A stretch of DNA of 64,000 bases from Squalus acanthias (taxonomy: Eukaryota), in assembly GCA_030390025.1 (NCBI GenBank), contig CM059438.1:60824001-60888000 (forward strand), in the 5' to 3' direction. Below, in pieces: positions 61,286-64,000 of this stretch. The notes below the pieces were generated by a model. The model was not told where the DNA came from. It did no database searches and saw only the letters and a program-made list of their open reading frames with translations. Position 1 is the first letter of the stretch, and each line of letters begins with the position of its first letter. The position numbers and the translations under genes were made by a program.

Positions 61286-61704
61286 TCCCGTGCGCCTGTT
61301 GCCCTTCTAGGTGGTAGAGGTTGCGGGTTTGGGAGGTGTTGTCGAAGAAGCCTTGAGTTGCTGCAGTGCATTTTGTAGACAGTACACACTGCAGACACTG
61401 TGCGCTGGTGGTGGAGGGGGTGAATGTTTAAAGTGGCGGATGGGCTGCCAATCAAGCCTAGTGTCTGGTCTGTACCTGAACCATCTCCTCTTTGAAAGCT
61501 TCCCTGCCAATCTTTGATTCCAATCCACCTGGGCCAGATCCCTTTTTAACTCACTGAAGTTAGACCTCCTCCAGTTGAGTATTTTCACATTTGATTGTTC
61601 CTTGCCCTTTTCCATAACTACTCTAAACCTAATGATGTTAGGATGGAGACTGTGCATAGATGGTACGGGAAAGAAGTAAAGAAAATACTGTGGGTAAACT
61701 GAAT

Positions 61705-61955
61705 TTTTTTTAATTCATGGGATGTGGGTATCGCTGGTAAGGCCAGCATTTATTGCCCATCCCTAACTGCTCTTGAGAAGGTGGTGGTGAGCTGCCGCCT
61801 TGAACCGCTGTTCTTTGTAGCGGTTTGGTACAACTGAGTGGCTTGCGAGGCCATTTCACAGGGCAGTTAAGAGTCAACCATATTGCTGTGGATCTGGAGT
61901 CACATAGACCAGACCAGGTAAGGACGGCAGATTTCTTTCCCGAAAGGACATGAGT
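61705..61955 (-). mobile_element. Meta-domain-like SINE, 3' part
   Basis: Close match to 14060-14280. Confidence 0.75.
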
Positions 61956-62319
61956 GATGAATAAGATACTTTTGATCGATCCGTACTCTTGAGTTGTGGG
62001 AGTGCGGGTGAACAGCCATTTCCAAAGGGGCAGTGTGCAGTACCATCTGCTGTCCACAAGAGGGTGCCATGTGCAGCTCAGCAACTTGCACAATGTAGCC
62101 TTGCAGACGTGGGAAGTAGAATCATGGCTGCATATCGTGACACCACTATTCCCGGCCAGAATGGAGATGATTGGGTAATTCCCCTGTCAATCAATCACAG
62201 CTGTAAGTGACTGGGATTGATTTTTGTGCACAATTCTGTTTGGATGCAAGTCCCGCCTCCAACTCATGGGCTGGCATAGTGGTGTCGATTGAGACTCCAT
62301 AGCAGGATACAACATCGGA

Positions 62320-63100
62320 TGCCATTCTTTGAAGGAGCTCTCTCTGCTCCTTCCCCATAGCTCCGCAAATTTTTCTCTAGTATTTATCCAATTCCCTTTT
62401 GAAAATTGCTATTGAATCTGCTTCCACCGCCCTTTCAGGCAGTGCATTCCAGATCACAATAACTCGCTGCATAAAAATATTTTTCCTCCTGTCGCCTTTT
62501 TCTTTTGCCAATCATCTTAAATCTGTGTCATCTGGTTACCAACTCATCTGCCACTGGAAACAGTTTCTCCTTATTTACTAAAACCCTTCATGACTTTGAA
62601 CACCTCTATTAAATCTTCCCTTAACCTTCTCTGAGAACAATCCCAGCTTCTCCACATAATTGAAGTCTTTCATCCCTGTTATCAGTAAATCTCCTCTGCA
62701 CCCTTTCCAAGGCCATAGCATCCTTCCTAAAATGTGGTGCCCAGAATTGGCCACAATACTCCTTACTGAGGCCTAACTAGTGTGTATTAAGATTTAGCAT
62801 AACTTCCTTGCTTTTGCACTCTATGAAGCCAAGGATCCCGTATGCCTTTTTAACAGCCTTCTCAACTTGTCCTGCCAACTTCAATGACTTGTGTATGTAC
62901 ACCTCCCAGGTGTCTCTGTTCCTCCACCCCTTTTAAAATTTGTGCCATTTAGTTTATATTGCCTCTCCTCGTTCTTCCTTCTAAAATGAAGCACTTCACA
63001 CTTCTCTGCATTAAATTTCATCTGCCATGTGACTGCCCATTTCACCAGTCTGTCTCTGTCCTCCTGATGTCTGTTATAATCCTCCTCACTATTTACTACT
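62320..63100 (-). mobile_element. CR1 LINE 3' fragment
   Basis: Similar to 60585-61285. Confidence 0.8.
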
Positions 63101-64000
63101 GTTTTAAAAGGCTGATTTCACCTTGTAATTAAAAGTATTTACAACTATAAAAGTTTAATATAGATTTGGATAAGCGGACTTGATGCATTTAAGGGGAAGT
63201 CGGCTAAGTAGATGAGGGAGAAAGGAATAGGATATGGAATAAGGTGGGTGGAGGCTTGTGTGGAGCATAAACACCGGCATAGAGCAGTTGGGCCGAATGG
63301 CCTGTTTCTGTGCTATAAAATTCTACGAGGTTTGTGTATAACTCATTTTCATACTTGTCAATTGAGAAAATTAATTTCTTTGTCGTCACTGCCTCTGTAT
63401 AAATGGGGAATCTGTCAACGGGCACTGGGATTGCCCATATGCGAATGGTTTGTTTCTACCAATTCACCTCAGTCACTCTAAAGTAGGAAGGTTGAAAAAA
63501 AATCAGCAGGGGTTTGCACTTGTGTATTTAAAAAAGGACTGGCAGAAGCCTAGAAGTTATGGCAGAAGATCGGTAGAACCCCTCTAGAAATTCCAGTGAG
63601 GGGTCTCTGTCTGGTGAGATCCTCAGTTGTGTTTTTCACTACAGTTGAGTGGCGTCTGGGTCAATGTCTGTTTTCCCACTGCTCTGATTCTTGTCAATTT
63701 GTTCTTGCTGCACGGGGATATTGAGCCAGATTTTGATGTTTAAAGTTTTGGAGCTGCTCCTGCTCTGCCAGCTCCTGAGTCATTACCATTAATTATACTT
63801 GTGCCATTTGCTTATACGGTCTTCTGATGATGCACAATGAATTTTTCTTGAGCCTTAGCAAGAGGAAATATAGTCTCTTACAGGCTGGAGCCCCCACTGT
63901 GGTACAGAGGGGGAGAGGCTAGAGGCCAAAAATAGTTCTCCAATTTAAGATTAAAATCAGCTGCCTGTGCTGTGATTGCTGGGCTGGTCACAGGTGGCAA

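Noticed and set aside
59240..64000. Exons of a downstream neighbouring gene
   Set aside because: Only repeat fragments and unassigned sequence seen; no convincing coding exon on either strand.

Overview
This is eukaryotic (vertebrate) genomic DNA, most likely from a cartilaginous fish; that assignment is inferred from the SINE and CR1 repertoire. The window holds nearly all of one + strand gene, FKBP15 (WAFL/FKBP133). I traced 28 coding exons from 4731 to the TGA ending at 58705, all with GT-AG boundaries and consistent phases: 3838 nt in total, i.e. 1 nt plus 1279 codons including the stop. The encoded domains are an N-terminal WH1/EVH1-like region, an FKBP-type PPIase domain, a long coiled coil and an acidic tail. 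The first exon lies upstream of the window, and a probable poly(A) signal is at 59233. Introns are packed with retroposons (RTE, CR1, L2-type LINEs; Deu-domain, Meta-domain-like and LF-SINE-like SINEs), small DNA-transposon MITEs, minisatellites and one 500-N gap. I see no prokaryote-type system and no CRISPR array. The most interesting observations are: a candidate 33-nt cassette micro-exon; a more canonical FKBP active site than recalled for human FKBP15; an LFa-type motif whose first LF can be removed by a tandem acceptor; MITEs with co-varying hairpins; a tRNA-Glu/CR1 chimera; and an inverted near-identical CR1 pair flanking a 711-nt in-frame exon block. Repeat family names come from my recollection of consensus sequences and most repeat boundaries are approximate.
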